Assembly: GCA_964478815.1 (NCBI GenBank) | Contig: CAYZKY010000003.1 | Span: 23,442 to 87,441, forward strand | Source: an uncultured Verrucomicrobiota bacterium | GTDB taxonomy: Bacteria > Verrucomicrobiota > Verrucomicrobiia > Limisphaerales > SXQI01 | Direction of reading: 5' to 3' | DNA: 64,000 nucleotides | In this document: positions 1 to 9,403 of the stretch, piece after piece | How the letters are laid out: each line of letters starts with the position of its first letter | Position numbering within the stretch: position 1 is the first letter of the stretch | Program-made: the position numbers and the translations under genes | The notes under the pieces: model-generated | Told to the model about the DNA's origin: nothing | Database searches by the model: none | What the model saw: only the letters and a program-made list of their open reading frames with translations

Positions 1-2016
1 GGAGGGGGCCGGGTCCCAGCGGAAAGCGATGCCCAGCTTCGACCCGGTCGCGGCGATATCGAACGTTCCGCCGACATACACTTTGCCTCCCGATCCGACC
101 GTCATGCCGAAATGCCGGTCGCCCTGGCCGGTCGGGTTCGTGTTGGGCGGCGTCCCCAGGCTGCTCCAGCTATCCCCCGAATCGAACGATTCGAACACTC
201 CACCCAATGTCTTCGTGGGGTTGTGAACGATCACCGCGGAATAAAGAATGCCGCTGGAACCGATCGCCAGACGTATCCGGTTGGAGTTGGTGAGCGTCTC
301 CCCGCGGTCCAATCGCCCATCCCCATCCGCATCCTCGCCCGGCGAGAGCAGTCGGTCGCCATCCGCATCCTCATCCGCTTCGCCGACACGCCCGTCCGAA
401 TCGAAATCGAGGGGCAAATTCAGGTCGACGCGCTCCCAGGCCACATTCCAGAAATCAGCCGCCAGGAAAGACGTGAAATCCGCCGGGTTCTCCAACGCGA
501 GGCGGTAAATGCCCGCGACCCCCGTCCGATTCATAACCGATACGTAGACCCGCACACTCCCGCCCGCGAAATTGCTCGTCGGGTCCACCACGATCTCCTG
601 CACATCCATCAGCGGCAGGGGACTGGCGTTCGCCATGCTCCGGTCGGAAACCGATTGCCAGCTCACTCCGCCGTCGAGACTGCGGTACAATCCGTAATCG
701 TTCCCGGCAAAGACGAGTCCCGGATGGGCAGTCGGCACGACTGAGCTGAATCGTTCCGATTGGAGCTGCCCCTCCCCGACCTCCTGCCAGTTTCGGCCGC
801 CGTCGGTCGAGCGGAACAACCCCGCCGCCGGACCTCCCGCATCGCCGGCGCTGCTGAACGAACCGGTCCCGGCAAAAACCACAAGTTGATCCGCCGGGGT
901 ACTCGCGTCCACTGGGGTCCCATCCGCCTTAAACGGACTCACCGCGAGCGTTCCGATGGCCAGCGAGTCCAACCCGGACGAACGATACGTCCACTGCGGC
1001 GGGGCCGTGGGATCCGCCGGATCGGGAATCAACGTTTCGGAAAGCCAGACTCCGCCATTGACCGAACCGATGAACGCGATGCTGTCGTTCATGGGATGGA
1101 ACGCCACCACCTGCACCGCCCCAATGGCGCGGTCGCTGTCGGTCACCGCGGTGCTCCGGTTCCCCGTCAGATGGGTGGGGCCCTGCTCCACCCAGGGCGG
1201 ATCTGCCAGGGTCGCCCGCGGCAAGCTCGGGTAATACTTCAGAACGATGTCGTGAGCCCCATTCGCGAGATCCACCACCAGCACCCCCTCGCCGACGCCA
1301 TTCAGCGCATCGAACGTGGTGTGCGAAATCTGAAAAGCGCTGCGATCGAAGCCGGTGACCCCTTCCGTCGTGGTCAGGATGGTCCACTCGTAATCCTTCG
1401 ATTTGTCGAAGTCCGCGATCGGTCCCGTGCTGTTGCTGACCGTCAGAGAAGAAACATCGATGAGGAAGGTGCGGGCGCTCGAAGCATTAATCTTCAGTTT
1501 CCCGGCGCTGGGGTCCATCTCGATCACGTCCCAGCCCACCCCGGGTCCCGCATTCACATCGTTGATCCGCCAGAGATAAGTCTCACCGCCATCCCACGAG
1601 AGTGCGGACGAAACGGCGGTCTTCGCCGGGCCGGGAGCCAGCATGGCCCGCAGCGGAGCTGCTTCTTCCACCGCCTCTCCTGGCGCGAAGTCGTCAGAGT
1701 CACCCAATGCCCCGGCCTCCATCCCCGCGAACGGATCGGGCTCGTCCATCCATTCCATCGCCGCAGCCGTGTCGGATTGGGTCTCCGGAGGCTGATCCAG
1801 CACCATGAGCTGGCTAGCCGGCCCGGCCTCAGGCGCGATGGCGTCCGCTGGAACCAAGGCCCCCTCGCCGGAAAGCAGCACCCGGGGTTCGAGGATCTCC
1901 AAACTGAAATTTTGCCTGGCGAAGGGCCCGGGCCGCCCGTCGGGGGATGTAACCGGCGACGCCCCCCTTCCCCTGGAATTGGCATCTCCGATTCGCTGGC
2001 GAGCGTGCTGGCTCAT
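1..2016 (-). CDS. Secreted BNR/Asp-box repeat protein with an acidic Ca-binding-like stretch. The 3' end runs off the window start (partial).
   Basis: Absent from the ORF track because there is no in-window stop. Hand translation of the reverse strand is open from the ATG at 2016 (MSQHARQRIGDANS...) to base 1, which is 672 codons. It has an N-terminal LEPRVLLSG motif and three S-x-D-G-G-x-x-W type Asp boxes (STDGGRNW, SLDGGVSW, SFDSGDSW). An acidic DxDxDG-like run is present (DSDGRVGEADEDADGDRLLSPGEDADGDGRLD). Confidence 0.75.
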   Translation of the reverse strand, partial: MSQHARQRIGDANSRGRGASPVTSPDGRPGPFARQNFSLEILEPRVLLSGEGALVPADAIAPEAGPASQLMVLDQPPETQSDTAAAMEWMDEPDPFAGMEAGALGDSDDFAPGEAVEEAAPLRAMLAPGPAKTAVSSALSWDGGETYLWRINDVNAGPGVGWDVIEMDPSAGKLKINASSARTFLIDVSSLTVSNSTGPIADFDKSKDYEWTILTTTEGVTGFDRSAFQISHTTFDALNGVGEGVLVVDLANGAHDIVLKYYPSLPRATLADPPWVEQGPTHLTGNRSTAVTDSDRAIGAVQVVAFHPMNDSIAFIGSVNGGVWLSETLIPDPADPTAPPQWTYRSSGLDSLAIGTLAVSPFKADGTPVDASTPADQLVVFAGTGSFSSAGDAGGPAAGLFRSTDGGRNWQEVGEGQLQSERFSSVVPTAHPGLVFAGNDYGLYRSLDGGVSWQSVSDRSMANASPLPLMDVQEIVVDPTSNFAGGSVRVYVSVMNRTGVAGIYRLALENPADFTSFLAADFWNVAWERVDLNLPLDFDSDGRVGEADEDADGDRLLSPGEDADGDGRLDRGETLTNSNRIRLAIGSSGILYSAVIVHNPTKTLGGVFESFDSGDSWSSLGTPPNTNPTGQGDRHFGMTVGSGGKVYVGGTFDIAATGSKLGIAFRWDPAPS

Positions 2017-2227
2017 CCTTCCTTGTCCCCGACGCGGAACTTTCCCGGCCGCTTCGTCCGCGCCTGCTTCCCGCAATTCTCGACGAATAGGCACCGACGC
2101 CGGAGGGAAAGCGTGGCGTGAGTCGAACCCAAATCGATGCGCCAAGTCAAGCCGATTCGCCAAAGCGGCGTGGGTTTTTCAACGCGCCGACGAGGAATGG
2201 CCGCTGGCGGCCGGCACGGAGCCGGGC

Positions 2228-3481
2228 TCAGGAGAAGCGCTTGAGAAGAAGAGTCGCGTTGTGGCCGCCGAAGCCGAAGGAATTATTGATGGCGGCTTCG
2301 ACACGGAGTTCCCTCGCCCGATGCGGAACGTAATCGAGATCGCACAGCGGATCGGGATGATCGAGGTTCAAGGTCGGGGGAACCACTCCGGTCTCAATAG
2401 CCTTCACGCAGAGCGCGGTCTCGACCGCGCCCGCGGCTCCGAGCATGTGGCCCAGCGCGCCTTTGGTGGAACTCACCGCCAGTTTTCGAGCGTGGTCGCC
2501 GAACACCGCCTTGATCGCCTGCGTTTCGCAGACGTCGCCTTGCGGTGTCGATGTGCCGTGCGCATTGATATACGTTATTTCCTCGGGCTTCATCCCCGCC
2601 GAGCGCAAGGCCATCCGCATGCAGCGCGCCGCGCCTTCCCCTTCCGGAGCCGGCGCGGTGATGTGGTTCGCATCGGCCGTGTTGCCATAGCCCACTAGTT
2701 CGCAATAAATCCGCGCGCCGCGCGCCTGGGCGTGCTCCAAGTCCTCCAGGACGATGACGCCAGCGCCCTCGCCCATCACGAAGCCATCGCGCTCCGCGTC
2801 GAACGGGCGCGACGCCCGCTTCGGCTCGTCGTTGCGCGTGCTTAAAGCCCTCATCGCGCAAAAGCCCCCGATGCCGAGCGGCACGATGGTGGCCTCCGCG
2901 CCGCCGGCGAACATGACCTTCGCCGCGCCCATCTTCACCGTTCGCCAGGCCTCGCCGATCGCGTGCGTCGAAGTCGCGCAGGCCGAACAGGTCGCCAGGT
3001 TGGGCCCGCGCAGCTTGTAGTGCATCGAGAAAAGCCCCGACGCCATGTTCAGAATCAGCATCGGGATCATGAAGGGCGATACCCGCCCCGGGCCTTTGGC
3101 CAGCAATACCTTGTGCTGCTCGGCGGTGGTATGCAACCCGCCGATCCCGGAGCCGATGAACGCCCCGATCTCGTCGCGATCCGCCTTTTCCAAGTCCAGC
3201 CCCGAGTCTTTGAGCGCCTGCCAGCCCGCATGCACGCCGAACTGCGCAAAGCGGTCCGTGCGGCGCACTTCCTTCGCGCTCGGGAAGGCCGGCGTCGCAT
3301 CGAAGTCCCTCACTTCGCCGGCAATCTTGCAATCGTAATCCGTGACGTCGAACGAAGCGATGCGGTCGATCCCGCACTCCCCCGCCACGAGGCGCTGCCA
3401 CAGCGTGCCCACATCGTGACCCAGCGGCGACACCGCGCCCAGTCCCGTCACGACGACGCGGCGTTCTGTCCAATGCGGCAT
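2228..3481 (-). CDS. fabF: Beta-ketoacyl-ACP synthase II
   Basis: 417-aa ORF with KAS-II hallmarks: CSACATS active-site Cys, [17 protein letters not shown], and C-terminal [13 protein letters not shown]. It lies directly downstream of acpP, as in the canonical fab cluster. Confidence 0.95.
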   Translation of the reverse strand: MPHWTERRVVVTGLGAVSPLGHDVGTLWQRLVAGECGIDRIASFDVTDYDCKIAGEVRDFDATPAFPSAKEVRRTDRFAQFGVHAGWQALKDSGLDLEKADRDEIGAFIGSGIGGLHTTAEQHKVLLAKGPGRVSPFMIPMLILNMASGLFSMHYKLRGPNLATCSACATSTHAIGEAWRTVKMGAAKVMFAGGAEATIVPLGIGGFCAMRALSTRNDEPKRASRPFDAERDGFVMGEGAGVIVLEDLEHAQARGARIYCELVGYGNTADANHITAPAPEGEGAARCMRMALRSAGMKPEEITYINAHGTSTPQGDVCETQAIKAVFGDHARKLAVSSTKGALGHMLGAAGAVETALCVKAIETGVVPPTLNLDHPDPLCDLDYVPHRARELRVEAAINNSFGFGGHNATLLLKRFS

Positions 3482-3538
3482 AAAAACAAAGAGGGCAGCG
3501 TTGCCTCGCGCGCGGCTGCCCTCGAAAAAGTCCTCGAA

Positions 3539-3787
3539 CTATTGGCGCTGGCTTTCCTCGATATACTTGATCACATCTCCCACGCTCTGCAGCTTTTCGG
3601 CTTCCTCGTCGGGAATCTCCTGCCCGAACTCTTCTTCGAGCGCCATGACCAGCTCGACCGTGTCGAGCGAATCGGCGCCGAGGTCCTCGATGAATTTCGC
3701 GTCGGGCGTCACCTGGTCCGCATTCACGCCGAGCTGCTCGACAATGATGTCTTTGACCTTCTGCTCAATGGATTTTTCTGCGGCCAT
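3539..3787 (-). CDS. acpP: Acyl carrier protein
   Basis: 82-aa ORF with the phosphopantetheine attachment motif [20 protein letters not shown]. Confidence 0.95.
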   Translation of the reverse strand: MAAEKSIEQKVKDIIVEQLGVNADQVTPDAKFIEDLGADSLDTVELVMALEEEFGQEIPDEEAEKLQSVGDVIKYIEESQRQ

Positions 3788-3891
3788 TTGTTCTCCGTTG
3801 TTCGTTGCGTTGTGTGTCTAAGCGACACCCCTCAAGGCGTCAAGTCTCGAATCTGAACCTTTTTTTTGGCGATTTTTTCCCCGCCAAATCC

Positions 3892-4635
3892 CTACATCAC
3901 CATGCCCCCGTCGACCGTCAAGACCTGTCCCGTCACATAGCGGCCGCTCGATCCGGCCAGGAACAACGCGGCATTCGCGATGTCCTCGGCCTGCCCGAAA
4001 CAGTTCAGGGGAATTTTTCCCAGCACCGCTTTCTTGGTCTCTTCGTTCAGCACCGCCGTCATGTCCGTTTCGATAAAGCCGGGCGCGATCGCGTTGGCCG
4101 TCACGCCGCGCGAGGCCAGCTCCCGCGCCACCGATTTCGTGAAACCGATCAAACCCGCCTTGCTCGCCGCGTAGTTCGCCTGGCCCGCGTTCCCCATCAA
4201 TCCGATCACCGAGGCGACGTTGATGATCCGCCCGGCCCGTTGCTTGGCAAACGCGCGATAGAATGCCTTCGTGAACGCGAACGCCCCGCGCAGATTCGTA
4301 TTCACCACCGTGTCCCAATCCTCCTCGCTCATCCGCATGAGCAACCCGTCGCGCGTGACCCCGGCATTGTTCACCAGAATGTCCACCTTGCCCGTCTCGG
4401 CCAGAATCTTCTCCGCGGTCTCCGCCACTGCTTTCGCATCCGCGACGTCCACCGAAAAGGCCCAAGCCTTCCGCCCAAGCTGCCGCACCTCTCCGGCGAC
4501 CTTCTCGGAATTCTCGGCCGTCCGCGACACGCACACGACGTCCGCCCCCTCGGCGGCAAACTTCAACGCGATGGCCCGCCCGATCCCCCGCCCCGCCCCG
4601 GTCACCACCGCGATCTGATTCGGCAATTGATTCAT
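3892..4635 (-). CDS. fabG: 3-oxoacyl-ACP reductase (SDR family)
   Basis: 247-aa ORF with the TGAGRGIG cofactor motif, NNAG, and a catalytic YAASKAG (Y-x3-K). It sits upstream of acpP-fabF. Confidence 0.93.
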   Translation of the reverse strand: MNQLPNQIAVVTGAGRGIGRAIALKFAAEGADVVCVSRTAENSEKVAGEVRQLGRKAWAFSVDVADAKAVAETAEKILAETGKVDILVNNAGVTRDGLLMRMSEEDWDTVVNTNLRGAFAFTKAFYRAFAKQRAGRIINVASVIGLMGNAGQANYAASKAGLIGFTKSVARELASRGVTANAIAPGFIETDMTAVLNEETKKAVLGKIPLNCFGQAEDIANAALFLAGSSGRYVTGQVLTVDGGMVM

Positions 4636-4816
4636 GAATGCATGCGCTCAGTGCCGCAACCGTGTTACGCAAGGCCACAGCAAATCCGCATTTGCGCTAC
4701 GGTGCGGAAAAGTACAAGGAAGGCAATACCGGAAAACCACTCGCAAAGCAACGAAGCCACCGGGCACGCAAGTTGCCACGCTGACTCGAAGGGATATTAT
4801 CGTCCGGCAAAATCAA

Positions 4817-5119
4817 TCAAGCCCGCTGCAAGCGGCTTTTGCCGCCTCGCGAAACCGGCCGTCCATCAGTTCTCAACCACGCCGAACGAGCGAGGTGGAC
4901 GGCCTCGGCCAGCGCGTCTTTGGAAATCCTGCCCCCACCCCAGCGCGCCAGTATCACTTCCCAGGGATGCCCTGCCTCGATCTCCTCCAACACATCCGCG
5001 ACGAATACCCGCGTGCCTTTGAACGTGACCCGGCCATGACAAATCTCCGGATCGGCAACAATGTGTCGGCAGAGTTCGATCCGAACCGGTTTTTCACCAG
5101 GTTTTGCGGCGCGCGTCAT
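4817..5119 (-). CDS. DUF433-like (antitoxin-like HTH) small protein
   Basis: 100-aa ORF. The core ADPEICHGRVTFKGTRVFVADVLEEIEAGHPWEVILARW fits the DUF433 pattern as I remember it (dP-x3-G-x-P/V-x-x-GTR-x-V followed by a helical tail). No PIN or DUF5615-type partner ORF is adjacent. Confidence 0.65.
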   Translation of the reverse strand: MTRAAKPGEKPVRIELCRHIVADPEICHGRVTFKGTRVFVADVLEEIEAGHPWEVILARWGGGRISKDALAEAVHLARSAWLRTDGRPVSRGGKSRLQRA

Positions 5120-5193
5120 TGCCGGAATTTAGCCGGGACCTCTCCCAGTCTCAAAGCGCATTCGGGCCCAAGCGGCCGCGCCGCGCCCACCCT

Positions 5194-8100
5194 TCATGGC
5201 ACTGGCGGAGGTTCCTTCGCGGCGTCGCGCACGCTGCGGGCGAGTTCGATGGCTTGGTCCAAGGACGGTGCCGTAAGAGCTGGCGGAATTGCCCCTTTTG
5301 TTATTTCCAGGACATTCGAATTGGTGACACGAAAGACCGGTATCCGACTCCTCCGATAATCATCAAGTAGCTTCCAAGGAGTACCGCCGAACATGACTGC
5401 GTCTATCCCGGAGGGCAATGCCGTGTGAACCAACACGATCGTAGGCCGAAAATAGCTTTGCATATCATACACGAGTCGGTCGATGGTTCCTGTATCTCCC
5501 GCGATGGGACAAATCGCGTGTTTGGCGCTGGGCTGCCAGCCAAAAAAATCTCCGCCATGCGGGGCTAAAAACAATACCTGCTCTCCCTCCCGTTTCTGCC
5601 GTGGCCGAAGTTTTCCTCCCACGCCCAGAAAAGCGTAGATAGCCGACTTCAACTCCTGCGCCTCCGTGTCGGCCAGCCGCCACAGCTCATCGAGCGTCAG
5701 ATCGTCCAGGAACGCCACGGGAGCCGGGCCCATCAACGCCAGACGGAAGTCATCCAGCTTCGGCTCGAATACGGATTGGTAACCGAATGACGTGCCCTTG
5801 AAGGCCTCGGTCCAGCGTAGGTACGCCTCCGTCGTGTAAATCGATCTTCCTCCGAAAGCGTGCTTCCAGAGTAGGTCGCCGCCCCGCTCGATCACCTCGG
5901 CGAGTGGTTTAAGCCACTTGGGCAGATCCTCCAGTGCGACACGTAGCGCCGGTTCGAAAATCTGTCGTGTCTCCGCCGAAAGTTCCTTCCACAGTTCATC
6001 GACAACTTTCTCGAGGAACTTGTCGCCCGTCTCGAGAGAGAGCTTACCGAGGGAGAGAATTCGAGAAACCGCCGCCAGACCCGCCCCCATGCCCCGGCCC
6101 GGCGAACCATAAAGCTGGTGGCGGGAAATCCCAATGGCCAGCAGCAGAGCGCGCCGCAAGGGCTGCCCCCGCCGCCGCAACATGCTTTCGTAAAAGAGCA
6201 CCGTCGCGATTTCGTCCTTCAACTGATCCCGCCGCGCCCCTGGCGCTGCCACGCGCCCGATGGCTGGAATCACGCTCGACCACGGCGGCGAAAGATCGAG
6301 AATCCGGTACCGCTCCGCCAGCGTGCCGGGGTCGATGTCCGACCCGAACCCTTCCAGCTCGGCGCAAACTTCCTCGATCCAATTCGCGGCGCGCTTTGCG
6401 TCCTGAAAACGAGCCTCCTCATCCGGCCCTTGCGCCGCCACCGGCGCGCTCGCAGGCAGCGTGGGAGGGGTGCTCGGCGAGACAGCACTTCCAAGTGTTC
6501 TCGGCTCCGGCACAGGCGCAATGTTGGCAAAATGTTCGAACAATGGCTTCTCTTCGCCCAAGCCCAGACCGGCTTTCACCTGCGGGATCTTCAGAGTCAG
6601 GACAGACAACGGAGCATCCGGCACCAGAATTCCGATTGCCGGAGGGACCGCCGCTTCACCGGCGTCCATGGGAACCGATATCCCCGGTTCCGTCGCGGCT
6701 GGTGGCGCTGGTTCCGGTGGCACCGGCACGCGATCGCCGAAAGGATCAACTTCCCACCGCCATTTTTTATGAGGCTCGCCTGCCGAAATGAGGTACGGCT
6801 CCAATATGTCGAGATTGAAGTCTTCCACCTGAGCCCGCGGGAAGCTCAGAATAAAGGCGTTGGGATTATTCAGTATTTTAATTAGATCGCCCAAAGCGTT
6901 CTCGAGTAGGTTCCAACTCGGGCCGGAGATCAATTTGCCAATGATTTTTTCTCGCCGCTTATCGGTTCTATCCACTCCTTCCCCCGAATCCAGCCGTCCC
7001 TCCAAGTGTAGCTGAAGGGCATTCCGGCTGATGTCGAGTTGCTCGCTGGCTTCGTTCCAGCGTCGCGCCGGGTAGTACAAAGTATCTAGGAGGAATCGGC
7101 CGAATTGGGGGTCTTGTCGCAACCGCTCGCGCAGCTCGCTCTTCTTCAACACTTCCTCCACGGCGAATTGCATGAAGGCTCGCCGTTGAAACCCGCGTAG
7201 GTTTCGAATCTCGCCTGGCTCCAGGACGCATTGCCCATCGCCGTTAGTGAAAGCGAGGAATCGACGGCGCAGTGCAATCGGGCTGCTGTACGCCCCTTGC
7301 AGCAGCACCGTGCAGAGAAAGTCGTAGTCGCGATCCTCGATTGTCCGCACTATTTCAGACGGAGTGGTTGGCTCGGGCACTGGCGTAGCAGGAAGCTCAG
7401 CGCCAGCCGCCTTTTCTATCTGGAGAATCCGCTGGACGTGCGCCCGCAGTTGACCTGGAAGGTAATGGATGAAAAGTCGGTCACTGAAAAACGTGAAGTC
7501 TCTGCTGTACTGCCCGTGGCGCCCTTGCGCGGTAATCGTCTCGAAATACGCCCGGTCGCACAAAAAGCAGAAGAATGCCCGCTCCGTCACGAAGTGCTTC
7601 AGATGCGCGATGAGCACTTCCATTTCTTTTTCGAGCTTGTCCACCTTGTCCAGCTCATCGATCACAAAGATCGGCGCCAGCCCCGCTTGCACCATCCGCT
7701 CCACCAGCACCGGCAACATCCGATCCAGCGACTCGACCGAGGTATCCCATGTGAACACCCGATTGCTATCCCGCGTCGTCTTGCGCGTATTCTTGCTGGT
7801 TATGCTCAAGGTCAACGCCGTCCCCAACGCCGTCCCCAGCCCCAACAGGGCGGCCACCAACGGATCCTTCCCCTGCACCAGCGCGCCCATTCCCAGCAAT
7901 CCGCCCGCCAGCACGGTCAACAACGGGTTGAGCAGATCCTTGATTACCGGCCGCAGGCCAAAGTCCGAGACTTGTTCGAGCACCGAATTTCGCGTTTGCG
8001 TGTCGACGCCCGTCAGCTTCCCCGCCACCAATTGGAACGCCTCGATCGCGCTGGCCATCGCCACCAGCTCCCGCGTGCCCTGGCCCTTCGGCAACTTTTT

Positions 8101-8781
8101 GGTCCATTCGCCGCGCCCGGCCCTCAGCACCCCCGAATCGAGCGCTCCCACCAGCCGCCAATGGTTGCGCAGCGTCGCCAGCTCCGGCGCATGATCGAGC
8201 TCCTGCTCCAGGTGCGCCGCCAGCTCCAGCCAATCCTCCTTGCGGTTTCCGTCCGCCGGAGCCTGCGCTTCCACATGCCGCCGAAACTGCCGCCCCATCT
8301 CATCCATCAGCGCCCGGTGCAAACTCTTGGCCAGCACCTTCAGCACCGCCGCGACCGGGCTATTTTTCGCTTCCACCGATTTTCCGTCAGACCCCGCCTG
8401 ATCTGCCCCGTCCCCGTCCGTTGGCGTTTCGCTTGTTGTCTCCCCTTTGGCCGCCGCCGCTTGCCGACGCTCGTCCGTCTCCACCGCGTTAAAAAGATCA
8501 GGCCCATGCAGCGGAATGAACATTGGCCACAGCTTCCACTTCTCACCCGAAGTCGCCTCCATCGCCCGCCGCTGGCTCTCATGCACCGCCCAGCGCACCA
8601 TCGTGGTCTTGCCCGATCCGCGATGCCCCGCGATCAGGAACGATCGCCCGTTGGTCTCCTTGTTGGCGTACCGCTCGATCTCCCGCAGCAACGTTTCGTA
8701 GGCGTCGGACTTCGCCAGTGTCGGCTGCTGTTTCCAGCTCGCTTCGCTCAGCGGCTCCGGCGTCTCCTTTAGCGAAATCAT
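5194..8781 (-). CDS. 1195-aa P-loop NTPase with a hydrophobic two-helix hairpin inserted inside the NTPase domain (KAP-like topology) and a long uncharacterised C-terminal region
   Basis: Walker A is GHRGSGKTT (aa 52-60, nt 8602-8628). An acidic/Gly low-complexity stretch covers aa ~100-140. Two hydrophobic helices, LLNPLLTVLAGGLLGMGALV and LVAALLGLGTALGTALTLSI (aa ~283-327, nt 7801-7935), are separated by QGKDP. Walker B is IFVIDELDKV (aa 371-380, nt ~7642-7671). A sensor-1-like strand AFFCFLCD follows. The start overlaps the upstream gene stop (ATGA at 8778-8781). Confidence 0.85.
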   Translation of the reverse strand: MISLKETPEPLSEASWKQQPTLAKSDAYETLLREIERYANKETNGRSFLIAGHRGSGKTTMVRWAVHESQRRAMEATSGEKWKLWPMFIPLHGPDLFNAVETDERRQAAAAKGETTSETPTDGDGADQAGSDGKSVEAKNSPVAAVLKVLAKSLHRALMDEMGRQFRRHVEAQAPADGNRKEDWLELAAHLEQELDHAPELATLRNHWRLVGALDSGVLRAGRGEWTKKLPKGQGTRELVAMASAIEAFQLVAGKLTGVDTQTRNSVLEQVSDFGLRPVIKDLLNPLLTVLAGGLLGMGALVQGKDPLVAALLGLGTALGTALTLSITSKNTRKTTRDSNRVFTWDTSVESLDRMLPVLVERMVQAGLAPIFVIDELDKVDKLEKEMEVLIAHLKHFVTERAFFCFLCDRAYFETITAQGRHGQYSRDFTFFSDRLFIHYLPGQLRAHVQRILQIEKAAGAELPATPVPEPTTPSEIVRTIEDRDYDFLCTVLLQGAYSSPIALRRRFLAFTNGDGQCVLEPGEIRNLRGFQRRAFMQFAVEEVLKKSELRERLRQDPQFGRFLLDTLYYPARRWNEASEQLDISRNALQLHLEGRLDSGEGVDRTDKRREKIIGKLISGPSWNLLENALGDLIKILNNPNAFILSFPRAQVEDFNLDILEPYLISAGEPHKKWRWEVDPFGDRVPVPPEPAPPAATEPGISVPMDAGEAAVPPAIGILVPDAPLSVLTLKIPQVKAGLGLGEEKPLFEHFANIAPVPEPRTLGSAVSPSTPPTLPASAPVAAQGPDEEARFQDAKRAANWIEEVCAELEGFGSDIDPGTLAERYRILDLSPPWSSVIPAIGRVAAPGARRDQLKDEIATVLFYESMLRRRGQPLRRALLLAIGISRHQLYGSPGRGMGAGLAAVSRILSLGKLSLETGDKFLEKVVDELWKELSAETRQIFEPALRVALEDLPKWLKPLAEVIERGGDLLWKHAFGGRSIYTTEAYLRWTEAFKGTSFGYQSVFEPKLDDFRLALMGPAPVAFLDDLTLDELWRLADTEAQELKSAIYAFLGVGGKLRPRQKREGEQVLFLAPHGGDFFGWQPSAKHAICPIAGDTGTIDRLVYDMQSYFRPTIVLVHTALPSGIDAVMFGGTPWKLLDDYRRSRIPVFRVTNSNVLEITKGAIPPALTAPSLDQAIELARSVRDAAKEPPPVP

Positions 8782-9299
8782 TTGGTCCCCTGCGGCTCTT
8801 CCTTCGCTTTCGGCGGCACGTTCGAAACCACGGTCGCCGGCTTCGCTGGTTTCTCCGCTGCGTTGCCTTCATTCAAGAATGCCGCGCCCAGCGTGCCGAG
8901 CTGCGACACCGCCGCCAGCAAGATGACGCCCAGCAAAACCATGGCCACGAGGAGCACCATCGAGCGCGAGATCGACCACCCGCTCACCCCGCCACCCAAG
9001 CCGCCCCAATGCACCTCGAACTGCGGCGCTCCTTCCGTCCGCACCGCCTCCTCCAGCTTCGTCCCCAGTTTGCGTCCCAGCGAGACCACGGCCATTAACG
9101 CGGCCACCACGCCCGCGATTCCCAGCACCCCCACCGCCCCCTTCAGCCACGATAGCTCCCCTTGCCACACCGCCCCGACGATCATGGCGATCCCCAGCAA
9201 AACGGTCACCAGCAGCAACGTCCCCAACACCTCCGTCACCTCGCCCTTCGACGCCGGCGGCCCGCTCGAACCCGGTTCTTCAGATGCATTCATGGTCAA
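8778..9299 (-). CDS. Small integral membrane protein (about 3 TM helices), function unknown
   Basis: 173-aa ORF with three hydrophobic segments (LGTLLLVTVLLGIAMIVGAV, VLGIAGVVAALMAVVSL, MVLLVAMVLLGVILLAAV) and a Lys/Pro-rich C-terminal tail. It is translationally coupled to the downstream NTPase by a 4-nt overlap. Confidence 0.7.
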   Translation of the reverse strand: MTMNASEEPGSSGPPASKGEVTEVLGTLLLVTVLLGIAMIVGAVWQGELSWLKGAVGVLGIAGVVAALMAVVSLGRKLGTKLEEAVRTEGAPQFEVHWGGLGGGVSGWSISRSMVLLVAMVLLGVILLAAVSQLGTLGAAFLNEGNAAEKPAKPATVVSNVPPKAKEEPQGTK

Positions 9300-9403
9300 C
9301 CTCCCGAACCTCCAACTCTTGCGGGCAGCCTATCCCCCGCCCCATTTGCCGCACAAGCCAAACCACCAGCGCCCTTGAGCCACGGACGCACCGTTGAGCC
9401 CAA

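Noticed and set aside
760-2121. 453-aa plus-strand ORF and its neighbours in the first 2 kb.
   Set aside because: Arg-rich. It is opposite an uninterrupted 672-codon minus-strand frame with Asp-box motifs that the track omitted because it lacks an in-window stop.
7231-8772. 513-aa plus-strand ORF opposite the NTPase gene, plus other overlapping ORFs in 5.9-8.6 kb.
   Set aside because: Arg/Gln/His/Pro-rich nonsense-like sequence. The minus-strand frame contains Walker A and B motifs and TM segments.
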